The notes under the pieces were generated by a model. The model worked only from the letters and a program-made list of their open reading frames with translations. It was not told the origin of the DNA and made no database searches. A DNA stretch of 64,000 nucleotides from Balanoglossus misakiensis. Taxonomy: Eukaryota > Animalia > Hemichordata. Each line of letters opens with the position of its first letter. Within the stretch, counting starts at the first letter, position 1. The position numbers and the translations under genes were made by a program. The stretch spans positions 4,593,244 to 4,657,243 of the forward strand of contig CM082597.2 in assembly GCA_040954595.2 (NCBI GenBank). The letters are read 5' to 3'. Below are positions 34,501 through 49,500 of this stretch, piece by piece.

Positions 34501-37500
34501 CCCATAATTGACATAGTCTAAGTTGTAATGTTCAAAATTGCTAGTCATTCCAATTATAGGAAAATGAAATTGTTAAAATTAAAATAGATTTTACATTGTA
34601 GTATATGAAACAATATGTGCATTAATGTGATTAATGTAAATGCATTTAATAACAAAATTCAATACAAGTTACAACCCCATAATTGACATAGTCTAAGTTG
34701 TAATGTTCAAAATTGCTAGTCATTCCAATTATAGGAAAATGAAATTGTTAAAATTAAAATAGATTTTACATCGTAGTATATGAAACAATATGTGCATTAA
34801 TGTGATTAATGTAAATGCATTTAATATATGTAAATGTAGTCCTAAGTACATGTATAGCCCTGAAGAATATGCATATGATAGGTTGAACATATACAGCTAT
34901 GACTATAGCTATAGGTATAATTAGCAAAACAAGAAAATGCTACAAGATATGCTAAACACAGGCATAAACTTTGGATGTAGATATGCATAAAATAATGCCA
35001 TTTATAAAAATGCAGCTACAAGCTTGGTAGTACTAGAATTAGCCAAATCATGTCAACTTACTTGACCAAAGAACAATGGTCAATAGTTTCCTCATTCTGT
35101 AATCTCTCTCTCTCTCTCTCTAGATTATTTTCACTTTGAAATGATGTGTATTGAGAGTTCATGAAATAAAAGCATGGTGTTTACAGTAATAATAAACTGT
35201 TATTGTCTTTGAGAATTAGAAAGTTGCAAAACAAAATGTTTCCAAGTCGGTGACTTCAATTCTGTGGAGATTTTTATTTGCATTCTTAGAAAAAAAATAA
35301 TGAAGGCTTTTATTTCATGAATTACTCTTGATACCTTATTTTGTTATTTCACAGTGTTATAACTATCGTTCTTCTTCTGTCTTGTGTTTGTGTTGACTAA
35401 CATGTTTATTTCTTATTCTGTTTGCTGTGTTGCTGAATTGATAACAAACATCACTTTGGGTGATTTCTCCCTTTACGCTGTGTGTGTGCCACTTCTCAGG
35501 TTACGATGAGAAGACAGGTAGACATTTTTTTATTTCCTTCTTTCCTTTCACTACTTCTAAACCCTTCTCTGCTATCTTCTTGGACCGACCCACCACTGTT
35601 TACGGTGGTGGGGTTGGAACCATTTCAAGAAAATAGGGGTGAAGGGGTTAAAATATTCCATGTTATCTGTGATTGTAAACTTGTGTATGGTGTAAAAGGG
35701 ACGGTAACTCCCAACTTTTGGCTATTTTCTGAATATTTTTGTTTTGGATGTCAACTGTACTTTCTTGTTCTATTCTGTAAAACACAAAGATTACGGATAG
35801 TATTCGGATTTTCAACATAGCTATTTTGTAGTAATCAGCATTGTTATTGTTGAAAATTTAATTCAAGTCCGGACTTGAATTCAATTATCAACAATAACAA
35901 TGACCCTTACTTACTATAATGCTTGGTTGAGATGCTAAAAACTGATCATGTCTCAAGTCAAAGCTATCCAGAGTAGAATAAGAAACTGGAGTTGACACAA
36001 ATCTAAACATATCCAAAAGTAAGAGTTACTGGGGCTTTAAGGTGTACTGTAAGGTTGGGAGTATGTATTTGACAAGATGGCTGTAATTAGTTGTCCTTGT
36101 TTGATGTGTGTGGTTGTGTAAAGTAGGTTGGAATTAAAATTCAAAGGATTTTTTCTGTTCTGGAGATAATTCTAAGTTGGGTAAATGTTTTCACTATGGA
36201 TGGATTACATGTGAAGATAAGGTATTCCCATCTCATCTACCGATTTTGGATTAAATTTTAAATAAGAGTTTCCATTTTTTTTGGTTCAAAAGTAAAATAT
36301 TCTTATACCACTGTTAAAGTTGTGATCCCACATAAAAATAATTGGTTCCAAAGACTTATAAAGTTCCCAACTCATCTCAAGTTAAACTTGTAATTCAAAC
36401 TATAATACTTTTTTACCTTAGTAAAAATAAAAGGGTTTTAAGTTATAAATGGTGATATTTTTTGTGAAAGTAGACTTTATTTTTTCCTTTGGTACTTTAA
36501 CTGTTTCTTGTATTTTTCTTTTCAATGTAAAATCTGTATTCAACTTCTTCTTTTTACCTACGTCATTGTCTTTACTATCTTTTTTTTACTAGTCCTAGCA
36601 CTTCTTGGTTTGGAACAGGTCAATACCGACGATTCTTCTGAACCCACTCTGCGACGAATTCCCACTCCTGAAAGCCGTACGAACTATCTCTTTTTTTGTT
36701 TCGTGTTTTTTTTCTTTCGTTTTCGATGGAATGTTGGTTTTGAGAGTAGCCTCTGTGCATGTGTGTATGTTTTGTTTTGTTTTGTAGTAGCGCCATTTTC
36801 TTTGCATGTGCCGGGCTTGGATGTTATGCGACCATTGCATGGCTGGTCTTTCTCCCATTTCAGGACATTGGCCCACAGCCTCAGGGCTGTAGTTCAACTC
36901 TCATTCACATACGAATACATCACCATGCATAATCATGAAAACTTGGCCATTTACATGACCCCCCGTATGACCTTTACATCCTGCCATTTTCATTGGTTTA
37001 TAGGTTATCACACTTGGTTCCCACCCCAATTCAACTATCGTCATGCCTACCATAATTAAATGCCATGGTGTCCAGTGTTAATTCTAACCAAAGGTTGATG
37101 TCGAAGTGTGTCACACAACACGTAATATGCATGTGATTTCATATCACTCGTTTGACCAAGTTGACTGTGGTGATACTAGTTGAGTATTTCAAAGTGTGGC
37201 CATTTAATCAGATTGTTTATCATTCATAAACATTACTGTTTCTGTAGTGTTCCTAATACTAGCCTTAATCTGATTTTGTTTTAAATTTAAAAACTCATGA
37301 CCACCTGCACACCCCTCATGGGTTTAGAATAGAATAACCCATTTAAGGTTAGAGATATAGTGGTGTTTACCATTTAGCTGAGGGATAAAGGTGAAGATTT
37401 TTGTTTGTGGAATCTCAATTTAAGAGATGCATCATGTTGTCGTCTGGTTTTGATAAATATCATGGCACAAACTGATACTGTAGATACAATCAAACCTAGT

Positions 37501-40500
37501 GCATCAGCAACATGCTGATTACAATTGCTGCCTGAAGGAACTGAATATAGGAGTAATAGTCATCATTAAGTCACAAAAAGTTTTTATCAAAAACATTCTG
37601 CTTGTCAAATGACTACATTAAAGTGTAAAATATGTAGTTATTGCAAAACGATTTTGGAATATGTCACAAAGCAATTAACTTTGAGTGCATCTATATGAAA
37701 CTGTCTTTATTTAATGAAAATGCAACATTGATAATGATATAAACAGTGTAAACAAATTGCAGTGACAATGGAATAAGATGTGAATCTGTACAATGTGATT
37801 CCATCTGGTAATTTTTTTTTTAAATTGTTGATTTTTGTCAACAGAGGATGAAGAGGAAGAAGAAGAAGTTTTGTTTGTCCCCGAAGAACCCAGTAGAGTA
37901 CACTATGTTGGTTACAGCACCACTGAAGACCATTTCTGGCTGTCTATGGTACGTTCAGCATTAGTCTAAATCTTCCTTCAAGATTCTATGATACTATAAG
38001 AACATGTCATGTGAACATCGCGTATCTCCCAGTAGAATTCTATTATGGCAATGATGTGTTGACTACAATTAAAAAAAAAAAAACTGTTATTATAGCACTA
38101 CCTGACAAATGTGGCTAATTCGTTATATACTAGTCTACTTCAATAATTAGTAATAGACTAGTTGTGATATCATAATATAATTGATGTTGTGAAAATCATA
38201 CTTAGTATTTTTGGTTTGATAATTATGATTGATTTAAATAACAATATTCTTGGAAAAAAATACAATGTATATTCATATGAAATGTAAAAGAAAAATTTAA
38301 ATGATGCACATGTTGACAAGAGTGGAGTCAAAAATCAACAAAATCTTATCTTTGAGTACTAATGAATGTTATGATTGTTCTCAGGGTGACTATGATGCAG
38401 GATATCTGTACGAGTGTACATTCACCACAGATAAAGAGAGAGAAACTAAGACCAAGGCCGGACAGGAAGACAGGATTGGTGATCCAACCCAGGCTGTACA
38501 GATGGATGGTACTCAGGACACACCTATTACATGCATGCATTTCTCGTAAGTTACACAATTAAACAGTTGGAATATAGGAGGCCTTGATCATGTGAAATAT
38601 GTGCACAGATAAACTTGCCGTTACACTGAAAAAATTATAGGAATTCTTGCAATTTTAATTGAAACATTAAAAAGTTCTGGACTTCTCACTAATAAGTATT
38701 TTTTTGTAAATGATGATACTTTTGATAGCTCATTGTTCTACCAAGGACAATTAAATATTATTGTCGCATAACCTTTAATTTGGGGGATGGGCAATACCCT
38801 TTATTTTGGGGAAAACACTAGATTATAATATTATACAAGTTAGCTGCGTCTGTATCAGAAATTCCTGGGGAGAAAAGTGTGAAGCTATAGAGATCAATTT
38901 TAAAGGCTTTAAGTGTCTGATTTCTGATTTCTGTAAATACATTGTATTATCATTGTTTACCCAAAGTGAACTCTTCAAATAAAACCATCTCCTCATATTT
39001 GTTAACACAGCCCTGGACGTGACCAGATCCTGATGGGTCTGGAAGATGGTTCAGTCCGCATTCAGATGCTGGAAGAAGGCACACAGAGCAAACAACTAGA
39101 CCTGTCCAAACCGTCAGCATATTGGGCACTGAACGTCCACGACAACCACTACGGAAAGCTGACACACGTGATGACCAGCTTTGACAACCAGTTTGTGTTC
39201 ACCACCGGAGCTGACGGCAACTTCTTTGTCTTCGATCTGATGAGTGAAGAGAAGATAGAGGAGGCAAAGAAGATAGCCAGAGCCAAGATTCCATCTGCCA
39301 GGGTGAGTCACTTTTTGTTGGTCCATTAACAAAAGTTACAAGATATCAATTCCATGGTCTGTAAATTGTGAATTTCCAACTTGGGTTTACATTTCTAAAA
39401 AATATTTTTAAAAGGACATATAAATAACACGAAACTGCAAGAGTACCTTTGTTAACATTTTGAAGTTTACATTTCTGTGAAATCTCTCAATCATGAAATA
39501 AAAGACTTGATGCCAATATAATGAGAATTTCAACGATATTCTGTTCTGAGGACAACATAATTTACAGTTACACTTAACAACCTAGACTGCCAGTACTCAG
39601 TAATGACAGCCACTTACCAATAATGACTACAAGAAATCGGTGTATGGTTTTAATTTGATGTTCATTATGTCTTCCTTCACAAATATAGTCATCAATAAGT
39701 GTCATTTGTATTTTGTTTTTGCTGAATTTTTTTTTTTTCATGTAAAATTTTCATTTGTTGCTCCATCTAAACAGAAAGGACTGGAAGGTGAAAAGCGAGT
39801 GGAGGACATTGATCAGAAAGGTTTCTACAGCATTGAGATGGAGAAACAGAAAGCTGAACAAGACAAGATGATGAGAGAGGCCGATGAGAAAAAGCTGAAC
39901 GTGAAGAGAACGATTGCCCAGCTCCGAAGACAATTCAAGAAACTCCTTGAAAGAAACAAAGAGCTTCCTGAACATCTGCAGCTAGATAGAAAGGTGAGGG
40001 ATGTTATGGTTGCTGCGCTTGTGAAAGTACTGCCGCAGAATACACCACATCACTCGGGAAAATAATTTTAGTACGGCATAGATTGCGTGCAGAGGTCATG
40101 AAGATCTGTCATAGTCACTGTTTGTGGGCTTTTTGTGGGCAATATTCTAGCACAGATATACACAATTCTGAAAAATAATATTGAATTTCCAACTACACTT
40201 CCTCTATCATATTGCTTGCTATGTATTTATATGATGATTAGAATATCTTTGCTCGCAGGAGCCTTACCGTCTTAGAAATACTATCAAAATTTTAAATGTA
40301 GAATAAATACTTAATAAAAACTGATAAATAACATTGATAATATTACATGACAGGAATTTGAAATGGACCCTGAGATGAAGAAAGTATTGGAGAAAGAGAA
40401 ACACGACAAGATCGAACTGTTACACAGAGAGATGGCTTGGGAGTCGGAGAAACTTAAAATAGCACTGGATAAACTGAAACACAGGTATGAAGTCGCCATG

Positions 40501-43500
40501 GCTGTTGTCTATACCAGAACATACATGCAGGTTCCTCAGATTTATGTGGTGATTTTCCAAAATGAATGAGCATACTTCTGTAATGATGTGACTGTTTATT
40601 ATTTAAACTAAAATCAGTGTCCGTCTGGTGTTTTGGTTTTCGATTGAAAATTCATGATTTTGACATATTGTTTTTTTTTTTTAGTAAGTGTGACATTAAT
40701 CTTACCGAATGGAAATTTTGAACCTGTCAAATTGATTCAACATTCCCAGAAGAAAAAATATTATCTATAAGACTGCAGACTATTACTGAATTTTTCTGTT
40801 ACCAGTATGTCTAACTTCCAGTGTCTGTTACAACCATTTGCAGATTCCGGGATGAGCTGGAGACGGACCGGATTGTGGTAGTTGCCATCAACACGCAGCA
40901 CACTGTGTCGTCATTCCGTGCTGCGGGACTGTCGCAGGAATTCTCCCGTCTGAAGTTGGAAATGGAAACCAGGAAGGCAACCATGTTGACAGAGAAAGGA
41001 CTGAGCAGAGATCCTACCAAGGAGTTATCAGGTAGATATATTTCTTTGTATTCTCCTGCGAAGTTCATAAGTGCCAACAGTTATTACAATTGAAAATAAA
41101 GAAAATCAATTGACCATTTTCCAAACTCCATGTGACCCAAGAAGATTTTGCATAGCTCGGCAATTTGTATGGGAGGACATTCTTGTGACAAAGGACAAAC
41201 AACATATGGCCTATCATGTTAAAAAGCACCTATCATGTTAAAAAGCACAAGAGTTACCATTATTGCTGAACTCTGTACCTATTGTAGTTTCACACAACAC
41301 TTGTGTGTTTAATATTCATTGCTCTCTACATACCCACGTGTACACTCACGTGAATTCAATGATTAAATTTATGGCAAGATATTCAGTTGACCATTTTCCA
41401 AACTCCATTTGAACCTGCATGAATTGGCATACCTAGGTAATTTATATGGGGGGTGATTCACATGACTAGCTGACACAGGTGTGTGCAAACTAACCTGACG
41501 TCAGATATCCATCATTGACTTCCACATTTCATCAGGAGCTGGTGAGAAGGACACAGATGCAGGGGATGAAGGCGCTCTGCAGCCCGGCCAGCAGGATGTG
41601 AAGAAGTCGACGGTCTTGACCGGTCGAATGGGCGAGAAGGTAGCCAAGGCACTTCATAAAGTGGAGAAAGCGAAACAGAAGAGGGCAGCTAGACAGGCAC
41701 AGGTAATGTTGATTAGGGCTTTCTTATTAGTTGAAAGCGAATTGAACTTGTGATTATCTGTGAAGGGAAAAATAATTTTAGTACCAAGTGGATTAATTAA
41801 GAATGTATACAATTGATTGAGGTGAAATTTTTGTCTGTACCATGAATCTGTCAAAATCAATTTCATATAGGAAATGGTATGGTTATTTCCATGCATCATA
41901 TCAAATATAGTGTTTTGTGTTAACTTTCACAGCTGTTCATAACTCAAATCAACTTTACATAGTTATTTTGATATTCAGTAACTAATACACTGGTTGTCTT
42001 GGCAGTTCTGGTTGTTGTGTTCTAAGCAAGACATATCCAATTCAAGTTATATCCAGTCGACAAGCAGAATGAAAATAATGTATGCTGATGGTGTTATGTT
42101 ATAAAACTATACTATTTGCAATCAAACATGTATACATAAACACATCAAATTCCCATTCTCATTTATAGGCTATGTTCGGTTTTCAACATATCCCAAACAA
42201 ATGTCTGATGTCGCCAATGTTGAAACTAACACAAATATTTGTATATCATATTCACACTAACAGTGGGATGCCCTGTACAGCAGCAAACCACCAGATGACT
42301 ATGAAGACCCGGCAGATGTGACGGCCATCAAGGAAGCCCAGGAGAACATGGGCGATTACAAACTGAAAACGGCCAAGGATTACACCGTCCCCGAACACTT
42401 GAGAATGAATGCATTGAAGAAACGCAACCAGTTGTTGTCGCTGATCGAAGAGGTCAGTTTAATGTAAAATATATGTTATGCTCAATTCTCTGTCCCCATT
42501 GTATCTTTAAAGCTCCATTAGCTGTAACTTTTCGCTACGTTTTTCGGCATTTTTGTTGTGGGTATCTACTGCAGTTTCTTGTTCAAATTCCTGAAATATG
42601 AAATGCCGAGCATTTAGCTGATCAACACAACTTGTATGTGTACAGTCAACTTTGTTATTGTACAAAATTTGAATTTAAGTCCAGACTAGAATTCATCTGT
42701 CAATAATATCAATGGCCGTTACACACATACAGGCTATGTTGACAAGTGGAGAACTGGGTATATTAGCATGCCATTTGGAGTAGAACATGAAATTGCATTT
42801 GGTACACAGAACGAAATATTGAAAACAGCCAAAAATTAAGCTTATGTCTGTTTAAATAGCCATCAACAAAGACTGACAGAAAAAGATGTAGGATTCTCAG
42901 TAAACATTGTGTCACGTTTGAAACCCTCAGATCTACAAACACAAGATGCGATTCAACAACCGACTGATTTCTCTGCGCGATAAGAAGATCAGTGTTATCG
43001 AGAAGATCAAGCAACATCGACAAGATCTGATAGAAGTCCAGTCCAAGCTGAATCCTGAACAGAGGAAATCTCTTCCCAAAATTCCTGAATTGCTGGCATG
43101 CGAGATACCGGAGAGGTGAGACAATAGACACAAACTACAACTTAGCAAATCACTTAAGTATGTATGTACACTATCAACACAATACATTCAGAATTGCTAG
43201 AAAATCCATTTCCACTATTGTCATTTTCTTGCAATATTAGTCCTTTATATGTAACATTTTGAATTTCTCGACAGACAATTTCAGTACACCCGTGAGAGTC
43301 TGAAGGAGTTCAAAGAAAACCAGGATAAGAAACGTGCAGAAGCTCAGGCCAAGGCTGCAGGGGCTAGTGGATTTGGTACAGGCTTTGGCAGTGGGTTCAC
43401 TGCCCCACAACCGACTGGTGGAGCAGACCAGGTGAGCATTAATATATGAACCCTGCCACCCCTACTTTCTTGTATGTGGTTCCAACCACACACTTTGAAA

Positions 43501-46500
43501 GGAAGGGGTGTAGTTTTTAACAGTAAGTTCAAGAACTCGCATGACAGCTGTGAAATACAATAGTATGGATGATAATTACATATATGGTACATGTAGGTAT
43601 GTTTTGACATGCTATATGTATTCATCATCAACATTGCAGCATAAAATGTTCTGTTATTAAAGGTATACAGTTGACTCAAAATTACATAAACCTATATATA
43701 GTCAAAAGGGTATATCCAAGTGTTCGAACGATATTCAAAATGGCCGCCAATCTCAAGACTATGGAGAAAAATTTTAAATGTGATTTTCATGAAAACAAGA
43801 TGGGGAACACCCAGTTTTCTTAGTTGTTTTCAAAAAGACCCCCCCCCCCCTCATGCTTTGATATAACAAAGACTTTGAAGGTTTACATTTACAGGATTTT
43901 TTCCATATTTTTCTCCCTTTCAGAAAGTTGATGCTTCTACATACCCAACATCCACCTCGCCATCTGCTGACAAACTGAAGTCATCTATCTCCGTTGGCTC
44001 CACGTCAGCCTCGCCATCCGAGACAGAAATCGAGCTGTCACCGTTGGAGATCCAAATGATGAAAGCAGAGGAGATCCGCCTGCTGTACCAACAGGACAGA
44101 CTGATCGCCAAGGTGGAGGAGATGATTGTCAACTTTGATGCCGAGCTGAGACTCCTCAGACATGATAAACTCAAGTTGGAGATTGATATCAAGAATGCTG
44201 ACTTGAGGTATGGCGATTAAAAATGTGACATTTCATTCTCAAACTGATAGAGGTGAACAGAATTTGTTCTAGTTAGAAATTCTTCATTCTAAAGATTACA
44301 GTATGTCTGCTTGATATTCTGAGCAAACGTTGACCTGTTTAAGTTTTTAAACATTTCACATTCAAAATTCTGTATGTAGTATCTGTGCAAGTATAGGAAA
44401 CAATTTGTTTTTAAATGTCAATAACAACAGTCCCAGTATCTCGAGTGTAATGCAACAGTGTTATTGTATTACTCTAATACTGGTCAGTAGAACATTTTTT
44501 ATCCATGTAAGAATTAGTGTATTCAGGTCAATCTAAAAAATAAAACGTTGATCAAAACTTAGCAAATTCATCAACATGCGGTCAGAAATGTCAGTAATAA
44601 AATGTCACGAGTCATTTTATGTTCATTACTCAAGATTCCATGGATTTATGTATGATATGAATTGTTTTTCAGGCATGTAACCCTGTTCCAGGAATTGCAA
44701 TTATTGAAGGAATTTGAGAAGAGAGAGAATGTTCTAGCGGACAAAGTGGAGGCCAAGAATAAAGAGAAATCTGATATGCAAATGAAGGTAAGGGTGTTCA
44801 TCATAATAGTAATGCAATTCATACTTAACTGTCGGTATAGTTCAGATCGTCATCTTTGTAAGAAATCTCAACTTTTTTTTTACTACAGTACTGAAAAATA
44901 TAACTTTATTTTTAATAGGTGATGGAATGTCAACAAAAACTTGACAATAAGAAGAAAGACATTGAGAAATTACAAGAAAAGGAGAAGGGACTGTACGCAC
45001 AGTTCCAGCAATCACTCGGAGAAAACAACAAATTTGCTGATTTCCTGACCAAGGTGTTCAAGAAGAAAATCAAAAGGGCTAAGAAGAAAGCACAGACTGA
45101 AGAAGGTTAGAATTCTATTGACATAACAATTACTCTATGTTCATGCAAATTAGTTACTGCTATCATGCAAATTAGTTACTGTTATCGTGCAAATTAAATT
45201 AATTACTGCTATCAGGAACATTACGTTGATACTTATACTACAAGCATCACCCTTCTGTTGTTATATATTGACAACTTGTACAACATTGGCAATTTTCCTA
45301 CCACAGTTACATAAACTCTATCTACACATATGTTTCAAGGACATCTACTAAAACACACATCTCTCTTACAAAGCATCAGTAATGATAGTCATGTCTTGTG
45401 ATTTCTTGAAGGTTCTGACGAAGAAAGCGAGGAGGAATCTGAAGATGAATCTGATTGGTCCAGTGAAGAAGACGAAAGCGACAGTGAGGCATTGGATGAT
45501 TCTGTGTGTCCACCTGGTTTAGAACAGGTAACATTCAAATTTATCAGTGATCAGAAGTGTAATATGCCTAATGCTTTGTTACAGTGTAGTTGGTACATGT
45601 ACACTCGTGTATATCATGATCTTGAAGCTTCATATCTGATAAGTTGAAGTCCTTGTATTGCAGGAAATGTTTGACAACGTGTGTGCCATGCGAGAGAAGA
45701 GACTGGACATAGAGGAAGCAATGGCTGAGGAGAAGAAGGTCCACGACGGTCTGAAGAAAGAAGTAGACACTCTGCAAAAGAAAGCTAAGATTATAGATTC
45801 CAGTTTGAAAACAGCGGAGGCAGATTTAGAAGCATTCCAGGTGAGAGAAAATTGATTTTGAATGAGATCTGTGTGTCAAGCATTTAAAGGGAAGGGGTAG
45901 TCGCGCCGCAAGGGTGTCCCCCTTGATGAGAATGTGTCCTCAAATACCAGCACAAACCTCACTGCACTCGCCACGACCTACTAGGATCTTCAGTTGCTGC
46001 CATGCCCAGTCTACACTACAGTTGGCTGCTTCGTTCATTCTAAGAATGATCTAATTTGTTGTGGATGAATTGTAATGTTTATAAACAAACGCGGCGCGAC
46101 GACCCCTTCACTTTAACAGACGGGTCTGATAATCATACCTACCATAGTCATTTGTGTCGAATACTTATCAGATGTCCTGTTTTGTCACCTTGCCTTAGAC
46201 GTCAGTTAATGGTGTTTTATGCATTCCGGAAATGCTACTTTGGGGCGTTATACTTGCTTTTCAACATTTATGTTCAAACTATGAGGTTACTTCAAATGGA
46301 TTAACAGTAATCCCAGGCTAACTTTATTTAAAAGGCAATAATCCATATTTAGTGAATCTCAACATGTTGGTCTAAATTTCTGTATCGGTTCCTTGCTCCT
46401 ATCACCAGGAGGTTAGAGATGACATCTATGTACACTTTTCTTCGAATTTCAGCTCGAGAAACAACAGAAACTGAATGAACTTGATGTCGTGGTGGCCTTG

Positions 46501-49500
46501 AAGCTACATCAGATCGAATACATGGTGAATGGAGTGGTGCCACAGGATCTGCAGCACTGTTTGGTGTTCACATGCGCTGGCATGCTGAAACTACAAAGAC
46601 GTATTCGTGAACTCAAAGAAGAAAAGGCGTCACAAAGAAGACACTACAAGTAATTTTTGGAGTTCTTACTTAATTCTTTCCTTCACCAACTGCGGTATTT
46701 TAAGTTGTGTTCATAATATTGCTCGGATTGACAGCTGTATACGAAATCTCTGGTCCATTAAGGGCAACAATTGTTTTTAAAATGTACACAAATGTGTGTA
46801 GCAATGATATGTATACAGACTATCTAGTGTCAGTTATGTATAGACTTACTTTTTTTAATGTCCATCCTTTCATATTCCAAGATGCACCCATTCACAAAAA
46901 GATAAAAAAAACAGTCTAAACAAAACACCAATGGCCTATAGAAATTGTTCTGATTGCAGAGATGTCCAGTTTATAGAATTTTTTTAACATGTGGTTCTAT
47001 GTAAAGGGGACTTGAAAAGGTGTTCAGTATAGACGTGTTTCCATATTAGACATGTTTGCTTTAGACAGATTTTACTATACACTAAAAGTGTTGCAACCCT
47101 ATATTTTGTTACTGCAGGGAGCACAGGCAACAGCACGTGCAGCTGATCAAAGATCGCAAACTGATGGAAGCCAAGATTCAAGAACTGGAAGAGAAGTGTA
47201 ACGAGATGATGATGCTCAAGTTTGGTCGCATCGTTGATCTGGAGAAACTGGAGACAGTCGGAGTGAACAGGAACATCGAGGAATTGAAGGAGAAGCTGAG
47301 GATTAACGAGTATGCGCATGCGGAAGAGATCCGGAAGATTGAGGTAAAAAACACTCTGTTCTGGTCACATAAGTGTACATCTCTCTGAACTGTTGGATTA
47401 AGAATTTGAATGTGTACTATCACATTCTTTTGTACTATTCAAATGGTTAACAAGACATGTTATATCAAAGTCCATTGGAAATGTGATTATAAGTAACAAT
47501 GCATTGATAGCCATGATGTATAGTGTAATACAAAGTAACAACCACATTGTTTGCAATGATGTACATTGTAGCAGTTACACTACAGTGTAATACAAAGTAA
47601 CAACCACATTGTTTGCAATGATGTACATTGTAGCAGTTACACTACAGTGTAGTACAAAGTAACAACCACATTGTTTGCAATGATGTACATTGTAGCAGTT
47701 ATATTTTGCACTGACTTCGATTTGCTAGCAAGTGCGTTGTATGGGACCCAAGCCACAGGTGAGGGGGTCCATGTGTAAGTAATGTTGAGGCTGGTTCATT
47801 TCCCAAACTAGAGAAGGTAATTAGGTTTTTGGTGACCATCTTTCATTGTGTCAACACACACAGGACAAGATTGCCTGGAAGAAGGAGAGAATCACAGAGT
47901 TGACGCGAGACAACACAGAGAAACTAGAACAGCTGACTCTACTTCTTGGTGAAAACAAAGAACTGGAAACTCAGCTGGACTCCAGACAAAAGAACTTGGT
48001 ACGTTTACAACAAGATAGATTGATCATCTCTCATATGCTCATTATTGCAAAGAGATCAAGCTTGGTATTGTTGAATTTAACAGCAATTAATATCTATCGG
48101 AGCTTGGATAACAAGTCAGAAGGCATACCTATTTATGTCACCCTGCGTAAAAATAAACTGGAATACTTTGAAAAACATGGTTTGATAGACTATAAAAACA
48201 TTAAAATTATACAAAATAAAATGTGTTTATCTGAGATTGGTTCCTCGCCGAATATCCCTTTGGTGTACTTGTAAAGGATAAAATATTTGAATAATTACAT
48301 GTTGTCTATATTGTAAAGGTATTTTTTGTATAATTGGTTTCTACAACTACCATGTACACATTTGATATTCCCCGCACCCTTTTTTCAACTTCATTTTTTC
48401 TCTCACATTGCACAACATTTAAAACTGCATAATTTTAAATTGTACCCCATATTTCTGTCATAAAACTCATGAACACTTTTCCATCTTTTTCCCTCCTCCA
48501 CCAAACACAATATTCATTTCACAGGGCAACAAACCGGTAAATCATCCATCCGCATTTAGTAACATTAAAATAATCATAATTCACATTTTTTTTTCAAATA
48601 ATGCACAATACTATTAATGATAATGTCAATATCTTTATGTGTAGGTTTGCATGTGTATGTTGTGTTGAGTGTTTTGCTGTGTTTTTTTATTCATTTTATT
48701 GCATGTGTTACCATGGTTTTCTATTCTACCTTTCCATCTACATTAGTCTTTTGTTTTCCTGAATACAAATATGTTGTTTGAATTGACCATGAATTAAAGG
48801 TATACAGTCACCAATGGAAATTAAACAACAGTTACCAATCAAAGTTGAGATCTAGCCTATCACAGATTTTCAGTGGGTGGCCCTTTTGACTGTACACATG
48901 TATATGGACCTATGCAAATTAGTGTGACTGTATTCCTTTAAAGTTTAGACGAACTTAAAGTTTAGGGCATCAGTATCATTTTTTCATTATACAATTACAA
49001 GTAAATAAATAACTAAGCGTTCTCTGCATGAAGCAGGTTTTCTTGTTCGATGATATTTTTAAAATATATCCCACTAGATTTTTTAAGGAATGAAATATGT
49101 TTAAATACTTTGTTGGAAAGTTTTATTTTTAGAGCTATTTAATTTGTTAAACATGGAGAAACATTTTTTTTACATTTTCATGTTGCTATGCCTAAAATTT
49201 AATGCATGAAAAATTGTTTCAGAAAATGAATTTCCACATTAGCATGTGAACATGAAAAAACATCTGGCAGCAATGTAGCTGGATTTTGCTTTTTCCCCAC
49301 ATTGCTTTATAAGTTCATCTAATTGTACACATAACTTAGCATGACAAACTGTAAAAAGTTGTGTAGCTAAAACAGAAACAACTCAGTTTTTTAGCCTAAC
49401 AGAAAATTACAAGAAACTTTTGCATGATATCATTTTGAAGATATCTGTCCACTGTTTTACTACTTTCTTCGTTTCATTATATTCCAGGGTGGAGAATTCC

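Noticed and set aside
41110-41455. Diverged ~65-bp direct repeat (TTGACCATTTTCCAAACTCCAT) ~277 bp apart
   Set aside because: It is real but looks like an ordinary old intronic duplication with no TIR, TSD or exon signal.
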